A stretch of DNA of 64,000 bases from Octopus vulgaris (Eukaryota). The notes below the pieces were generated by a model. That model did no database searches and had not been told where the DNA came from. It saw only the letters and a program-made list of their open reading frames with translations. The stretch lies in contig OX597816.1 in assembly GCA_951406725.2 (NCBI GenBank), positions 157,728,001 through 157,792,000 of the forward strand, in the 5' to 3' direction. This document shows positions 12,490 to 25,550 of the stretch, piece after piece. Each line of letters starts with the position of its first letter. Within the stretch, counting starts at the first letter, position 1. Made by a program: the position numbers and the translations under genes.

Positions 12490-14585
12490 TCATCTTAATC
12501 GTTTTTACGTCTGCTTTCCATGCTGGCATGGGTTGGACGGTTTGACTAAGGACTGGTGAGCCAGAGGCTGCACCAGGCTCAATCTGATCTGGCAAGGTTT
12601 CTACAGCTCAATGCCCTTCCTAACACTAACCACTCCGAGAGTGTAGTGGGTGCTTTTATGTGACACCGGCACGAGGGCCAGTCAGGTGGTTCTGGCAATG
12701 ACCATGCTCTAAATGTATTTTTTACATGCTACCTGCACAGGAGCCAGTCCAATGGCACTGGCAGAGATGGGTAATTACAGAGGTGTCATGTTATTGGACC
12801 AGATTGTGAAAGTTACAGAAAGAGTTTCAGTTCATTAAATTAGGAAGTGAATTAGCCTAGATAAGATGCAGTTTGGTTTTGTGCCAGGGAGAAATACTAC
12901 TGAAGCTCTCATTCCACTACAGCAACAGCAGGAAAAGATTTTAGCTAAAAGTAATATGATGGTTGCTAAGGTTCTAAAAGCATGCGTATATTCATAACTG
13001 GACCCCTCACCCAATTTGTCCCTGTCAATCCTTCCTCTGCCTCCTCATCTCCCTATCACTTTCCCTCGCCTAACTACTGTGTTATTCTGTCAATTGATAT
13101 TGTATAACTACTATTCATCTGTCTTTTTGTTCTGAGTTCAAAATTCTGCCAAGGTTATCTTTGCTTCTCATCCTTTTGGTGGGATCAATGTAATTGACTT
13201 ACAAACTCCCCCAAGCTTGCTGGCTTTGTGCCATGCACCAGTTTTGCATAGCCTCAGCCCATCCAAAGTACCTTGGATTGCAGAACGACCTGCTGTGCTT
13301 ACCTTGGATAATAGGGTGACCTGCTGTGCTTGAGGAGACCTATTGGGTCAAGTACATCAACATCAAAATAAATATCAAATGGAAATTGTAGTTGTGATAC
13401 CTGTGCCGGTGGCACGTAAAAAGCACCATCCGAACGTGGCAGATGCCAACGCTCCCTTGACTGGCATCCATGCTGGTGGCACGTAAAAAGCACCAACCAA
13501 TCGTGGCTGCTGCCATCTCCCCTGACACATAAAAAGCACTGACTACACTCACGGAGTGGTTGGTGTTCGGAAGGGCATCCAGCTGTAGAAACACTGCCAG
13601 ATCAGACTGAAGCCTGGTGTAGCCTCCTGGCTTCCCAGACCCCGGTCAAACCGTCCAGCCCGTGCTAGCACGGAAAACGGACGTTAAATGATGATGATGA
13701 TTGTCTAACTACTATAGAACTATAGATTTCATTTCCTATATTTCAGTTTGTGTCTCCATTTTCCTTACTACCATATCCTATTGACAGCCCAACACTTATT
13801 CTTAACACTGTCTCTCTCCACTGATATCTTCCACTGATCACCCGTTCTATACTACCAGTTAACTCGCCCTCTTACCTGAACCACATCTGTTGACCCCTAT
13901 ACTTCATTCTTAACACTGTCTCATACTTATCATCAAGCACCACCTTTGTTCACCAATCACTATATTCATTCCTAAATACTTTGACACTTCCACCTCTATC
14001 ACTTTATTCCTCATGTTCCACACCATTGCAGCCATTACCTACCATTACCTATTTCCTTCTTACCTCTCATCCTTCCCCTGTCTACTGTTTTACTGTTATT
14101 CTGCTGCTCTTCACCTTTCTTTACTGCTAGTCATCCTAACTGAGCCACTGCTATTGTCATTCATCCCTCAACCTGACTATCTCCAATTGATGCGATGCTG
14201 TGGAACTGAATTTGAAACTAGCTCATTGGAAAGCAAACTTAACTTCTTAATCATCATCATCATTGTTTAACATCTGCTTTCCATGCTGGTATGGGTTTGA
14301 CTGAAGACTGACAAGCTGGGAGGCTGCACCAGGCTCCAATCTGATTTGGCAAGTTTTCTACAGCTGGATGCCCTTCCTAACGCCAACCACTCCAAGAGTG
14401 TAGTGGATGCTTTTTACATGCCACCAGCATGGGAGCCAGTCAGGCAGCACTGGCATCGGCCACACTCGAATGGTACTTTTTACATGCCACCGGCATGGGT
14501 GCCAGTAAGGCGGTACTGGCATCAGTCATGCTCAAATGATGCTTTTTACATGCCAGTCAGGCAGCACTGGCATTGGCCACACTCT
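12490..14585. mobile_element. three RTE 3' ends: 12490-12760 (-), 13235-13700 (+), 14250-14585 (-)
   Basis: same tail consensus with 2-3 array units each. Confidence 0.8.
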
Positions 14586-14703
14586 TAAAAATGGGGCTAA
14601 TTGTCTCAAAAATTACTAAATCAGAAGCAACTGGAGGTTTTCATATGGGGCTCATTATAAGGGATCATTTTCAATTGAAACTGTTATTTTTTAATTCTAT
14701 CAG

Positions 14704-14902
14704 GTTGCACAGAACGTTGGCTTTCATAAATCTGTTGGAATCGATCTTGTTGCTATGGTAGTCAATGATATTTTGGCTCATGGTGCTGAACCGCTTTTCT
14801 TTTTGGACTATTTTGCTTGTGCCAAGCTTGATGTGTTGCAAGCTAGAGATGTGATTGAAGGAATTGCTGAAGGTTGTAAATTATCTGGATGTGCATTAGT
14901 GG
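14704..14902 (+). CDS. GART: GART exon (AIRS); absent from the ORF track
   Basis: ctatcag / gtaagt; [44 protein letters not shown]...[11 protein letters not shown]; phase 0 in, phase 1 out. Confidence 0.95.
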
Positions 14903-15186
14903 GTAAGTAGTTAATTAATTTACTATTTTTTGTCAAGCCTCTGTCAGAGGAGGAAAGGTGACCCTCATCACTTTACGAGACCACCAAACTTCATATAGGG
15001 AAACAGTGGAGTAATCTTCAGACTAGAGTCTGGACCCAAATGCTAACAAAGAATAGATTCTACTAAAGATACCCAAAAATCAGAGGATTGTATTAAACCA
15101 GTTGATAGATTAAGAACTGCTGCAATCCATATGATGGGCATTCAGTCTGTTTATTCAATTTCACTTACAAGTTAATGGATCAGTCA

Positions 15187-15310
15187 AGGAGATAATGTCA
15201 TTGGATTGGCATTGAATGGGATTCACAGCAATGGGTTCAAGTTTGGAAAATTATTGAAGTAAACCAACTCTCATATGACATGTTCTTCCATCTCAAGGAA
15301 GACTTTAGGT
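15187..15310 (+). pseudogene. degenerate copy of the 3' half of GART exon 16157-16405 including its donor site
   Basis: tgtcattggattggcat..cacagcaatgggttca..attgaagtaaaccaactctcatatga..gacttt(a/g)ggta aligns to about 16275-16408 with small deletions. Confidence 0.9.
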
Positions 15311-15334
15311 ATATGTGGAAGATATTTACCCAAG

Positions 15335-15565
15335 GTAAACAAACTGCCGGCATCAGTTGTTAGTTGTCAGAGCACTGCATCCTTCAAAACTTCCATGCTT
15401 CCTGAGATTCGCCTACACTACACCTGATTTTCTTCCCTCCATACACATGCAAGCATGTATGTGACTCGTACACTGTCCGCTTTCCAGACATTTGTACATT
15501 ACTGCATATACTTTATACGCACTTTTGACAAGTTGTGGTGCACTTGAGCACTGTATACAATAATT

Positions 15566-15596
<31 letters not shown>

Positions 15597-15598
15597 AA
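15335..15598 (+). mobile_element. CR1 LINE 3' end with (TAT)n tail
   Basis: near-identical to the reverse complement of 59527-59775. Confidence 0.85.
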
Positions 15599-16156
15599 GG
15601 TGACACGGTGGAATCAACCCTTGACCACATGATTCTGAAACAACTTTTTTGACCACATGGCCATTTCTGAGCCAATGTACTCAAGGGTGTTGTGTTAATG
15701 TTTATAATTCTAGTTCTCAGTCACACAGCTATATATGTTTCCTTAAATCTCTGTAAAATTTCCACAATGGTTTCAATAGATTATGGGACAGTATTTACTG
15801 TAGCCTCACTCAGCCATATCTTGGTCTTGCACACTACATGGAGATCTCACTAGTGCTGATACCATGAAAAAAAAGCACCTCGTATACTCTGTAAAGTGAC
15901 TGTTGTTAATCAAGGGCATTCACCCATAGAAACCATGCCAAAGCAGACATTGGAGTACAATGCAGTCTTCAGACTCATTGGATCCTGTCAAACCATTCAA
16001 CTCATGCCAACATAGAACATGAATATTAAAAGAGGATGATGATGGTGAGGGGGATGAGGGTGGTGTTGATGATGATGGTGATGATGACTTACTGCAGAAA
16101 ATAACAATTCTGCTTGTAATTATTTAATTTTTTTTTTATCTACATAAATATTTCAG

Positions 16157-16405
16157 GTGGGGAAACTGCTGAAATGCCTGGTATGTACCAGAAAGGAGAC
16201 TATGATTTAGCAGGTTTTGCTGTTGGTGCTGTTGAAGCCAAACATTTATTACCTCGACTTGCTGACATTACAGTAGGAGATGCTGTCATTGGATTGGCAT
16301 CAAGTGGAATCCACAGCAATGGGTTCAGTTTAGTTCGGAAGATCATTGAAGTAAACCAACTCTCATATGATATGCATTCTCCCATCTCATCAGGAAAGAC
16401 TTTGG
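16157..16405 (+). CDS. GART: GART exon (AIRS)
   Basis: tttcag / gtaac; [27 protein letters not shown]...[17 protein letters not shown]; phases consistent. Confidence 0.95.
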
Positions 16406-17940
16406 GTAACATAAAATTTAATTATAATTTTTATTTTTACTTTTGCTTTGAATGTTTTATACTTTTTCATATTGAACAATTTGACATTTCTGATATTTGA
16501 CAATTTTCTGAGGAATCTTAAGATTGTTGTTAAAAATATTACAAGTTATTCCCACCACTCCTGCCATGTTCATTTTGCCTGAAAAATTTTGTGTTGTCTA
16601 GGTCACATTATTCCCCATGTTAGCAAAGAATTTGGGGTTTATTTTTATATTGTTTTTATGTATAACCAAAAGCTTGCAGCTGTTTGCTATTCAAAAAACA
16701 TTCCTACAATATTTAATGAAGTTGTGTTCATAATTGTTAGCATGTGTTAAGCTAGGGGAAGAAAAGCTCAGCCTAATTAGGGCATGTTTTCTTCCCATGA
16801 AGATGACTTCAAAGACTTAAATAGACAAACCTGTTTAGCTTGATATTATAAATCTCCTGTCTGTATATTCTAGAAACATATTTGCTGACATTTAAGACAC
16901 AAATTTAGAATCATCAGAAAAGACATAAATAAGTCTCAAAGCAAATTCAACTTTAAATAATAGCATATAACACATTGGGTTGAATGGAAAAGAAACAGAA
17001 ACCTGCATGTGAGACATGAACCTTTCACCTTCTGTAACCCAGACAGACATGCTACCAATCATACTAAAGCAACCTCCTATCTTTCTTCCATCTAATTTTT
17101 AAAAATGGGTTACTGTAGATGTATGGTTCAAATGCTGCAAGCAGCTTTCTGCCATTTTTAAAACTCCAATGGGTTTTTAATCCAATGAGTTAGTTATAAG
17201 CAATTATTTGTATCATTAATAAAGATTAAATTTCATATTTCATGATACTTCTACATGTGTGTTCTAAATGTGAACAAACTTTCTCATAAGATTAAGATAT
17301 TCAATTTGATGGCAGAAAGACAAAAGGCTGCTTCAGTGTAACTGGTAACACACTTGTCTGGATTACAAGAGATGTGTTCCCAATGGTTTGTGTCCTACAA
17401 CCAGTATTATACCGCCCCCACCCCCTCCAATCAAAGATGGTTTTTCACCCGATGTATTACAATCTATTCATTATTGGTGGTATTTCAGAAGAAAATGCAG
17501 AGATAGAAGCCAGGTGAAACAAATGAATGTTGCTTCTATGTACCAAAGACATCTAGATTACTTGCATATTAGCATTTTCAGACTTCAGTATATAAAAAAC
17601 ATTATTTTAGAAATTTTGTAAATCCTTATCAAAAAATGTAGAAAATATTATTCATGAAAGGATAATAACATAAACTAGTCTTGATAATGTTCTGTGTACC
17701 ATGTAATGCAGTTTTGGCTTTCATAGCTCTCTTCCTTTACATGACTTACTACTGATTTTTGCGCCCTCTTTTACCATTTTCCAACTAGATGTAGTGCACC
17801 TGAATGCTGTATATATAATAGTCATCATTATTATTATTATTATTTAGTAAAAAACATTCCAGTCTATAGAAGACTAAATGTTTAGAATGAATAAGTGTTC
17901 TATGCAGTTCAACATATTTCTTAGCACAATTTGGCTAGAT

Positions 17941-18170
17941 CAGTGGTTCTCAACAAGGTTCCATCTGATCTAAGGAGGTCCAAATAAGATTTTGTTGTTA
18001 AAATCGGTTATACTTCTACAATGCACCAAATATTTTAACAATTTTCTTGTACAATTCCTAATAATGTTTAATTATAAAAATGCTATAGGGTTTTTCTAAA
18101 CATTGAATGGTTGTGAGGGTTTATCTAAGTAAAATAAGAATCAAAGGTAAAAAATGGTTGAGATCCTTTG
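17941..18170. mobile_element. hAT-type MITE
   Basis: CAGTGGTTCTCAAC...GTTGAGATCCTTTG ends; 8-bp TSD ggctagat/ggttagat; related partial copy near 60300-60490. Confidence 0.75.
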
Positions 18171-18248
18171 GGTTAGATTCATTACTATTTTATATATTAT
18201 TGAATAATTCTTCACAAATGTTATTTATGTTCCAAATTTCTGTTGCAG

Positions 18249-18451
18249 GGGAAGAGTTATTGTGTCCAACTAAAATTTATGTGAAATCTGTTTTACCTCT
18301 CATGAGACAAAACCTTGTTAAAGCGTTTGCACATATTACTGGTGGAGGCCTCGTTGAAAACATTCCAAGAGTTCTCCCTAGAGATTTAGCTGTTCAACTT
18401 GATGCTATGGCCTGGAATGTTCCTCCAATTTTTGGGTGGCTTCAAATGAAA
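18249..18451 (+). CDS. GART: GART exon (AIRS)
   Basis: ttgcag / gtaaaa; GEELLCPTKIYVKSVLP...AHITGGGLVENIPRVLP...PPIFGWLQMK. Confidence 0.95.
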
Positions 18452-18949
18452 GTAAAATCATATTTCAGTTTCTTCACTTATTTTTTTCATTCTTTTCTTC
18501 TTTTTTTTTTAATGCATATTTTGTATGTAGGCCATACCACCAATGAATTGTAGTGGAATTACAGCAAGATTATATTAAATCATTACTTTCTATAATTAAC
18601 AATACATACATCAAAATTTAGATTTTAACCTGCTTTCAATAGGAAATCCCAGTTGACAATTTCTTGCTGCCTTTCACTGTAAATCCACTCTAAGATTAAA
18701 ATCTGCATAATTCAAGATCAAATGTCTGACAAAAGACTGTCAGTTAAAAAAATAGATCTTAACTATAGATTATTCAAATTTTTGAATAATCTGTTACAAC
18801 ATTTCATCTAAATTTTAATCTGTCTAGAAAGATTGAATTTTAAGAATTTGAATAATAAAGATGATAATTTTATAGTTGAAAGTATCTGCATTTATGAATA
18901 CTGAAGAGATGAAAGTGAAATGAGATAATAATGACTGATTATTTCGATA

Positions 18950-19355
18950 TTGTCAAGAAGGCCGAGGGTGTCTTAGCATCACTCTGCAAGATCTTTGTCA
19001 GCCGCTCTTCAGCTGTCTATTTAAGGCTGTAGATGGCTATGGTGTGGGCATACTTGGAATTTGCTTCACCAGTCTGGAACCCCTATCTTGTTCAGGCCAT
19101 CGACCTCCTGGAAACTGTTCAATAACGTGCAACCAAGCGAATACCCTTCATCAGGTATCTACCATACTCTGAACACCTTGCTTCCCTGGGCATAGATACA
19201 TTAAAGCTCCAACGTCTGACAACTAACTTGGTAAACATCCAAAAATTATTAACCATCTTGCCAACAACCACCTTGAGTACCTCTTTGAGCTCCATGTGTC
19301 GAACACACATGGGCATGCCTACAAAGTCAGACAACAGCACATGACTTTCAGAAAG
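18950..19355 (+). mobile_element. CR1 LINE RT fragment
   Basis: LEFASPVWNPYLVQAIDLLETVQ*RATKRIP; same family as 59527-60200. Confidence 0.85.
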
Positions 19356-19601
19356 AACTGTGTCATGCAGTGAGATCAAGCTCAAAACTTCTTTTTATCA
19401 CACAACTATCACTATTCCTATGTTGGGAAAATGAGTAATCTTTAGCATTATCTCTGTTTTCTCTATCTATTTTGAGTTCAGATCCCTCTAGGGATAACTT
19501 GGCACTTTATCAATCAAAGGATGATAAAATAGCTACCAGTAATATGCTGGGATCAATTCATTTGGCAAAATCTTTCTCATGCATGTAATGGTTTAATTTT
19601 T

Positions 19602-19880
19602 ACCCGCCTGACTGGCTCTCATGCTAGTGGCATGTAAAAAGCACCATCTGAACATGGTTGATGCCAGTGCCACCTGACTAGGCCCCCATGCTGGTGGCAC
19701 ATAAAAAGCACCCACTACATACTGGGAGTGGTTGGCATTAGGAAGGGCATCCACCTATAGAAACCTTGCCAGATCAGATTGGAGCCTGGTGCAGCCTCCT
19801 GGCTTGCCAGTCCTCAGTCAAACCGTCCAGCCCATGCCAGCATGGAAAGCAGATGTTAAATGATGATGACGATGATGATA
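19602..19880 (+). mobile_element. RTE 3' end
   Basis: two array units, tail and (GAT)n. Confidence 0.8.
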
Positions 19881-20172
19881 ACGTTTACTACTAGCTTTTT
19901 TTGTTTTTTTGTTATTCATTTTTTGCCTCATTTTATCTTCTTGAAAGCCAGACATTTACCCCCATTTTATATCTGCCTGGATGATGCTGTGATGAACTGA
20001 AGCTGTAAAATACTTCTAACAATTACAAATATCATGCTTGTTTGTTTTTTAATCTTTCCTCTGCTTAAAAATTATAAACACTGTTAATATTGACTTATTA
20101 ATTGTGATTTTTAACCCTTAAACCTAGCTCTAATCCTTATTACTGAGATTTATTTGGTTTTGTTTTAAACAG

Positions 20173-20326
20173 GGAAAGGTTTCTGAAAGTGAGATGGCAA
20201 GGACCTACAATTGTGGAATTGGTGCTATACTTATTGTTGAAAACCAGCAAGCAAACTTTGTTAGGAAAAGTTTAGAAAATTCTGGAGAAAAATCTTGGAT
20301 TATTGGATCAGTTGTTAAACAACAAG
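20173..20326 (+). CDS. GART: GART exon (AIRS C-terminus)
   Basis: aaacag / gtagg; GKVSESEMARTYNCGIGAILIV...SWIIGSVVKQQ. Confidence 0.93.
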
Positions 20327-21377
20327 GTAGGTCTCTCTTCCTTTCTCACATCAATCTTTAATTAGTTTGATAATGATTTAAACATCTTGCACCAACAGTG
20401 AATTTTGTTGGTGTGGATAGACACCAAATTTTGTTATGCAACCATGATATATTACTAAGTAATTAAAGGTTTATAAGTCAATACTGTGTCCTAGCTGTGT
20501 TAGCAGTGCAATTCATTCATGCTTTTTCTTTTAAGTTATCTCTGCAGGCTTTCTATAGAAATTATAGCCAGCATTGAAGGTTACAACATATCATATATGA
20601 ATACATCTATTTAAACAATGCAATCAAAGACAGAAAAATAGGCAACAGGTGTATCAAGAGTTGAATAGAAAGAATACGACAAGGAGAAAAGTTGCACGAA
20701 AGCAGAGTGAACAGAAAATAGACAAAAACTAAATGGATGGGAAATTAGACAACAACAAAATACACAGAATATTCAGAGCTGAGTTTTCCTCTTCAGTCAA
20801 AGATGCAAAGTATAACAATTTCATGCCAATTACCTTTGATACTGTTCAATTTTTGCAGGTGCCAGTATGTTTATTAAGCTACTGGGAAAAAGCTAGTGAA
20901 TGTGTGCTAAGACAGAAAGAAACAAGACATTATATAAATACAACAGACAACGAATTATGCATATATAACAGCAGTAGACCTTACAGCTATATGCACACAA
21001 AGAAAAAATAGTAATAATTATACATATACCATAAATACAACAGAAAGAGCTTTGCAGCTGTCAAATGAACTATGAGGGGTTGTGCAAAGAGAGAATAGAG
21101 TTAAGTCCTGAGGACATCTTGAATAATGTAACCTCAGACATACTTTTCCTGTAAGCAGGATGGAATGTCATGACTGAAATAGACAACAGGATACTCAGGG
21201 TATAATAGTTGTCGTATAATCCCAGGGAAGATTTGGTGATGGATCAGACTTATCCTGTAATCAAAGCCATTTAAATAAAAGTCATTTTTTTTTCATTAAT
21301 GTATTTAGGACTTTTTTTGTTTAATATTTGGTTTGCAAGATTCTTGATGTGAACTCATGTTGAAGCATATATTGTAT

Positions 21378-21796
21378 TTCAGTAGGGTCATTATGCCAAT
21401 AATTAACACATCCATTGGTTCTATTTTACTTCTGTTATTTATATATTAGTCAATTGGTTAATCAATCTAACCAATTAAATAATTGATTGTTTCGTTAATC
21501 ATTTGGTCAGTCAATCACTTAGGTATTTCAAAGTCATTTCATTGTCATTTGTGATCTCATCCATAACATGCCCTCTATGCTTCAGGTTAGTCTGTTGTCT
21601 CACTTTATGACCTCATTGATGAGATCACAAATAGAAATAAAAGGACTTTGACAAACCTAGCTGGTTGATTGATTGACCAAATTATTAATCAATCAATTGA
21701 TTGGCTAAATGGTTAACCAACTTACAAACAAAAAATAATGCAGTGAAACAGAACCAGTGTGTGTGTATTTGTTATTGGCATAATGACCCTCCTGAA
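21378..21796. repeat. foldback element with long imperfect inverted arms
   Basis: AGGGTCATTATGCCAATAA / TTATTGGCATAATGACCCT outer match, ATTTGTGATCTCATC / GATGAGATCACAAAT inner match. Confidence 0.8.
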
Positions 21797-22095
21797 GTTA
21801 GGACTATTATCCACTGCTGTACCTTTAAAACCATGAAATGAGGCTGCTATTTCCAGCAGGTTGATCAGCTACATAAAGGCATGTTGTTGGTGGGTATGGT
21901 TATTAAAAGTAAGGAAATTATGAAATATTTAGAAAAAAATCTTATAGAACATATGTAGCTCATCCTGAATACAGACTCCTTGGATGAAATGTTCAACAGA
22001 AATTATATATGGACTGAAGCCAACTAGAATCTTTTTATTTTGATATCTTTGTATATTTTCACTAAAATGAAATCACCAACAACTTCTATTTACAG

Positions 22096-22206
22096 ATAAC
22101 CTGAGTGTTAATTTGATGAATTTGGCTCCAGCATTGCAGGGCAGTTGTATTTCAAAGTTAAAAAATGACCAGAAGAAAAAAGTTGCTGTACTCATATCTG
22201 GCTCAG
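22096..22206 (+). CDS. GART: GART exon (AIRS-transformylase linker and start of PurN domain)
   Basis: ttacag / gtaat; DNLSVNLMNLAPALQGSCISKLKNDQKKKVAVLISGSG; 111 nt, phase 1-1. Confidence 0.92.
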
Positions 22207-22366
22207 GTAATACATATATTTTCATTGCCATCAGGCATGGCTGAATGGTTAAGAAGCTTACTTCCCATCATGTGAGTCTTTGGTTCAGTCCTACTGCACA
22301 GTACCTTGGGAAAGTGTCTTTCTCTTATCTTAGCCTCAGGATAACCAAAGTCTAGTGAGTAGATTT

Positions 22367-22668
22367 TGTTTGTTCCTTCTCAAGCCACGCCTGGCTCATA
22401 AGGGCCTGTTTCCCGGTTTCCTTGGAGTATAGGTTCCCCACCTGGATGGGACACTGGTCGGTCGCAGGTGAGCTGCAAGATGCAGGAGGAAAGAATGGCA
22501 GAAAGTTGTGGCGAAAGAGTCAGCAGAAGTTCGCCATTACCTTCTGCCAGAGCCGCGTGGAGCTTAGGTGTTTCGCTCATAAACACACACATCGCTCGGT
22601 CTGAGATTCGAACCCGTGATCCTTCGACTGCGAGTCTGCTGCTCTAACCACTAGGCCATGTGCCTCCA
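22367..22668 (-). mobile_element. young tRNA-derived SINE nested in an older SINE (22213-22870 +)
   Basis: TGGCCTAGTGGTTAGAGC..GGGTTCGAATCTC head; TSD ctagtg(a/t)gtagattt. Confidence 0.8.
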
Positions 22669-22946
22669 CATGGCCTAGTGTGTAGATTTGGTAAACAGAA
22701 GCTGAAAGAAACTTGTTGCGTTTCTGTCTGTGTGTACCTTTGTCTAGACATCATATGACGGTTGTAAATGAGCATTGTCATCTTACAAACGAGGTTTTTC
22801 ATTTCCAGTCTCCCATAAATAAAATGTTTAGCTATGAGAAAATATTACCTTGCTTGTAAAGCTGATTACATAAGCAGTTGTAAAGACAGTTTCAGTTTTG
22901 TAATAATTAAGTAGAAATTATTTTTTACTAATCTATTTTATTCCAG

Positions 22947-23083
22947 GGACGAATCTCCAATCACTGATAAACTTTACCCAAAATCCACAGAACAATAGCT
23001 CAGCTGAGATTGCCCTGGTGATTTCAAACAAGCCAAATGTCGGAGGTCTTAATCGTGCTCAACGTGCTAATATTCCTACCATG
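22947..23083 (+). CDS. GART: GART exon (GAR transformylase)
   Basis: ttccag / gtttgt; GTNLQSLI...SSAEIALVISNKPNVGGLNRAQRANIPTM. Confidence 0.93.
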
Positions 23084-24225
23084 GTTTGTACTGCTATGAT
23101 CTTTTCTTTATCTAACCATCAACAAATACATTTTTCCATTAGTGCCTTGGCTTTAAGAAATCCAAGCATTTGATTCCTTTATTGTTTAGATGATTTGAGA
23201 ATTGAATTAAAACAATGAATGTGCAAAATTGCACAAAAAGTGAGTAAATTCGATATCAATAAAAAATAACTGGGTTATTTCCATTTCATAATTGAACAGT
23301 CAGTATTAGGAAAGGCTTCTAATTTAAATATATTTTCTCCAACAGTAAGAAAATATCTAAATTCTCAATGACGTCTAATATTACAGTATTGACCAGACCA
23401 TCAGATGCTCTTAGACACTGCTGGTCACAATGTGCTTCAAATTCTGTCTTGATTGCACCATTCTTTTCCATCATGACCCAAATTGCTTAATTAGATTGTC
23501 TTCTGATCATTGTAGAGGCTTTCCAAATAGCCCTTTCCAATCTCTTGAATACCACTCGGCAACTGTATGGGTCCACCTGTTGTCTGTGAACCTTGTGACA
23601 TGTCTGGCCCAATAGAACTTGTGCTTTCAGTATTCCATGACCACATAGTTCACTCTGCTCTGTTGCCAAATTATCTCATTTTGACTATCCTCTCATAAGG
23701 CTATTTCTAATATATTCATGGAAAATTCATGTTTTTATAACATAATACAAAATTGTTAGGGCAGATGTCTTTCCTATCATTAATTTCTAAAAATATAAAG
23801 TACAATTGATAATGATTTCTATGCTTGGTAGATAAATCAAAGCAAGCTATGTGATGTAACCTGCACAAGGACATAAGCAATAGACTAAATTGTCCAGCCT
23901 ATTGACTACTCAGTCAATACAACCTGTTTTTATGGATCATAACTTGATACATATAATGCCTTGTATCTGTAACGTCCAGTGGTTGTAAGCTCTTGGAATG
24001 CTGTTTGTGATATGGTTTCAATCCCCAGTCGGCCAATTTCACTGACTCCTCATACTTTTCTCTCTAAGTGGCACTGTTGTTACTTCTCTCTCTCATTTTC
24101 AGATTTCTTGGAATGTGGTATAGAAAAAACCAAATACCTAGTCTTCAGCAATACAGCACTGCTTCATTTTGTTTATATTATTTTCATTATATATGCAACA
24201 TTTAACATTTTCATATTTTCTGTAG

Positions 24226-24343
24226 GTCATCAACCATAAGGAATTCAAAAGCCGAGAAGCGTTTGATGAATTTGTTCATGAAGAACTTATTCGTGCGAAA
24301 ATAGAGATTGTGTGCCTTGCTGGTTTCATGAGAATTCTCTCAG
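24226..24343 (+). CDS. GART: GART exon (GAR transformylase)
   Basis: ctgtag / gtaag; VINHKEFKSREAFDEFVHEELIRAKIEIVCLAGFMRILS. Confidence 0.95.
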
Positions 24344-24394
24344 GTAAGATCTACAGAAAGCCTTCAAAGATATTAATGTAATTTGTCTTTGAAT

Positions 24395-24860
24395 GTTTTG
24401 TAAACATAGAGGAACTGCTGAGAAGTAAGAGACATGGAGGTACTATCGTGAAAGGCTTTTAAATGTGGAAAATGCACAGAAGAGAGAGTATCTACTAGTC
24501 GTAGATCTAACACAAGTTGGCAGCAATATGGTTGATAAAGTATTTAAGGATATGAGGACAGGTAAAGCTACTGGTCTATTGGTGATACTCACCGAGATTA
24601 TTAAAATGTCTAGTAGAGTAAGGTACTCTAACTACCCATATAATCAGTCAGGTAGAACAGGAAGATGTTAGTAACTGGAATAGTAATATCATCTTTGACT
24701 GCTGTGGAGGCAAAGGTGATGCATTGGATAAGGACATTACAGAGGCATCAAGCCAAAGGATCAGTTTATGAAAATTATTGAGTCATCACGCAACTAATTA
24801 GGAAAAGAATTAGCTTAGATGAAATGTAGTTTGACTTTGTGCCAAAAAGTGATACCACAA
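24395..24860 (+). mobile_element. degenerate RTE RT fragment (another at 12765-12955)
   Basis: KDMRTGKATG..GKGDALDKGHYRGIK..LDEM*FDFVP; homologous to 47600-47990. Confidence 0.7.
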
Positions 24861-25550
24861 TGTTTTGACTGTTGTATCATCCAGCATCCTTCAGATACTT
24901 CTCATGGGCGATAACATACTCAGAATTTTGAATCAGAATATTTTACCAAATTCAAGGGATTGTCCTACAGAACAACCTGATAATGAATGTAAGAGATAAC
25001 ATCAAGTGTTCAGTGTAATAGTTTACCCAATGTGTATGAGTTCAGTCTCTGCATTAGTCACACGCACGCACACATGTGAAGGTGCATGGTCTAGTGATTA
25101 GGGTGTTGCAGTTTCAATTCCCAGAGTGATGATTGGAAATAAGTAAAAATTGACAAGAAAGGCATCCACCTGGAGAAAATCTGCCTTATAGAATTCCATT
25201 TGCCTTATGCAAGCATGGAAAAGTAGATGTTAAAACAACGGTGATGAAGTGGAAGAGGAGGGCTTCTTTCAATTTCTACCCATCAGAAACCATTCACAAG
25301 ACTTTAGTCAGCTCTGGGTTATAATAGATCTTTGTTGCAACGTACTGCACAACAGAACTGAACTCAAAAAAGACATGATGAACAAAAACCTGGAATGTCT
25401 TTGATCATAGGTCTACTTTAGCAGAGCTGGCTGAGGACTGAACAACACACTCCATGCCTTTTTTTTAAAGATATATAACCTCATTACTAATCCAATATCC
25501 ATGTTTGTTTTACAGATGAAATCTATATTTGATTTTTTTTTCATTTACAG

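Noticed and set aside
14346-14588. Apparent peptide family FLQLDALPNANHS.SVVGAFYVPPA seen in more than 10 ORFs
   Set aside because: Antisense reading of the RTE 3' UTR; frames and stops vary between copies
15187-15310. Mutually exclusive alternative GART exon
   Set aside because: Only the 3' half is present, there is no matching acceptor, and small deletions disrupt the frame
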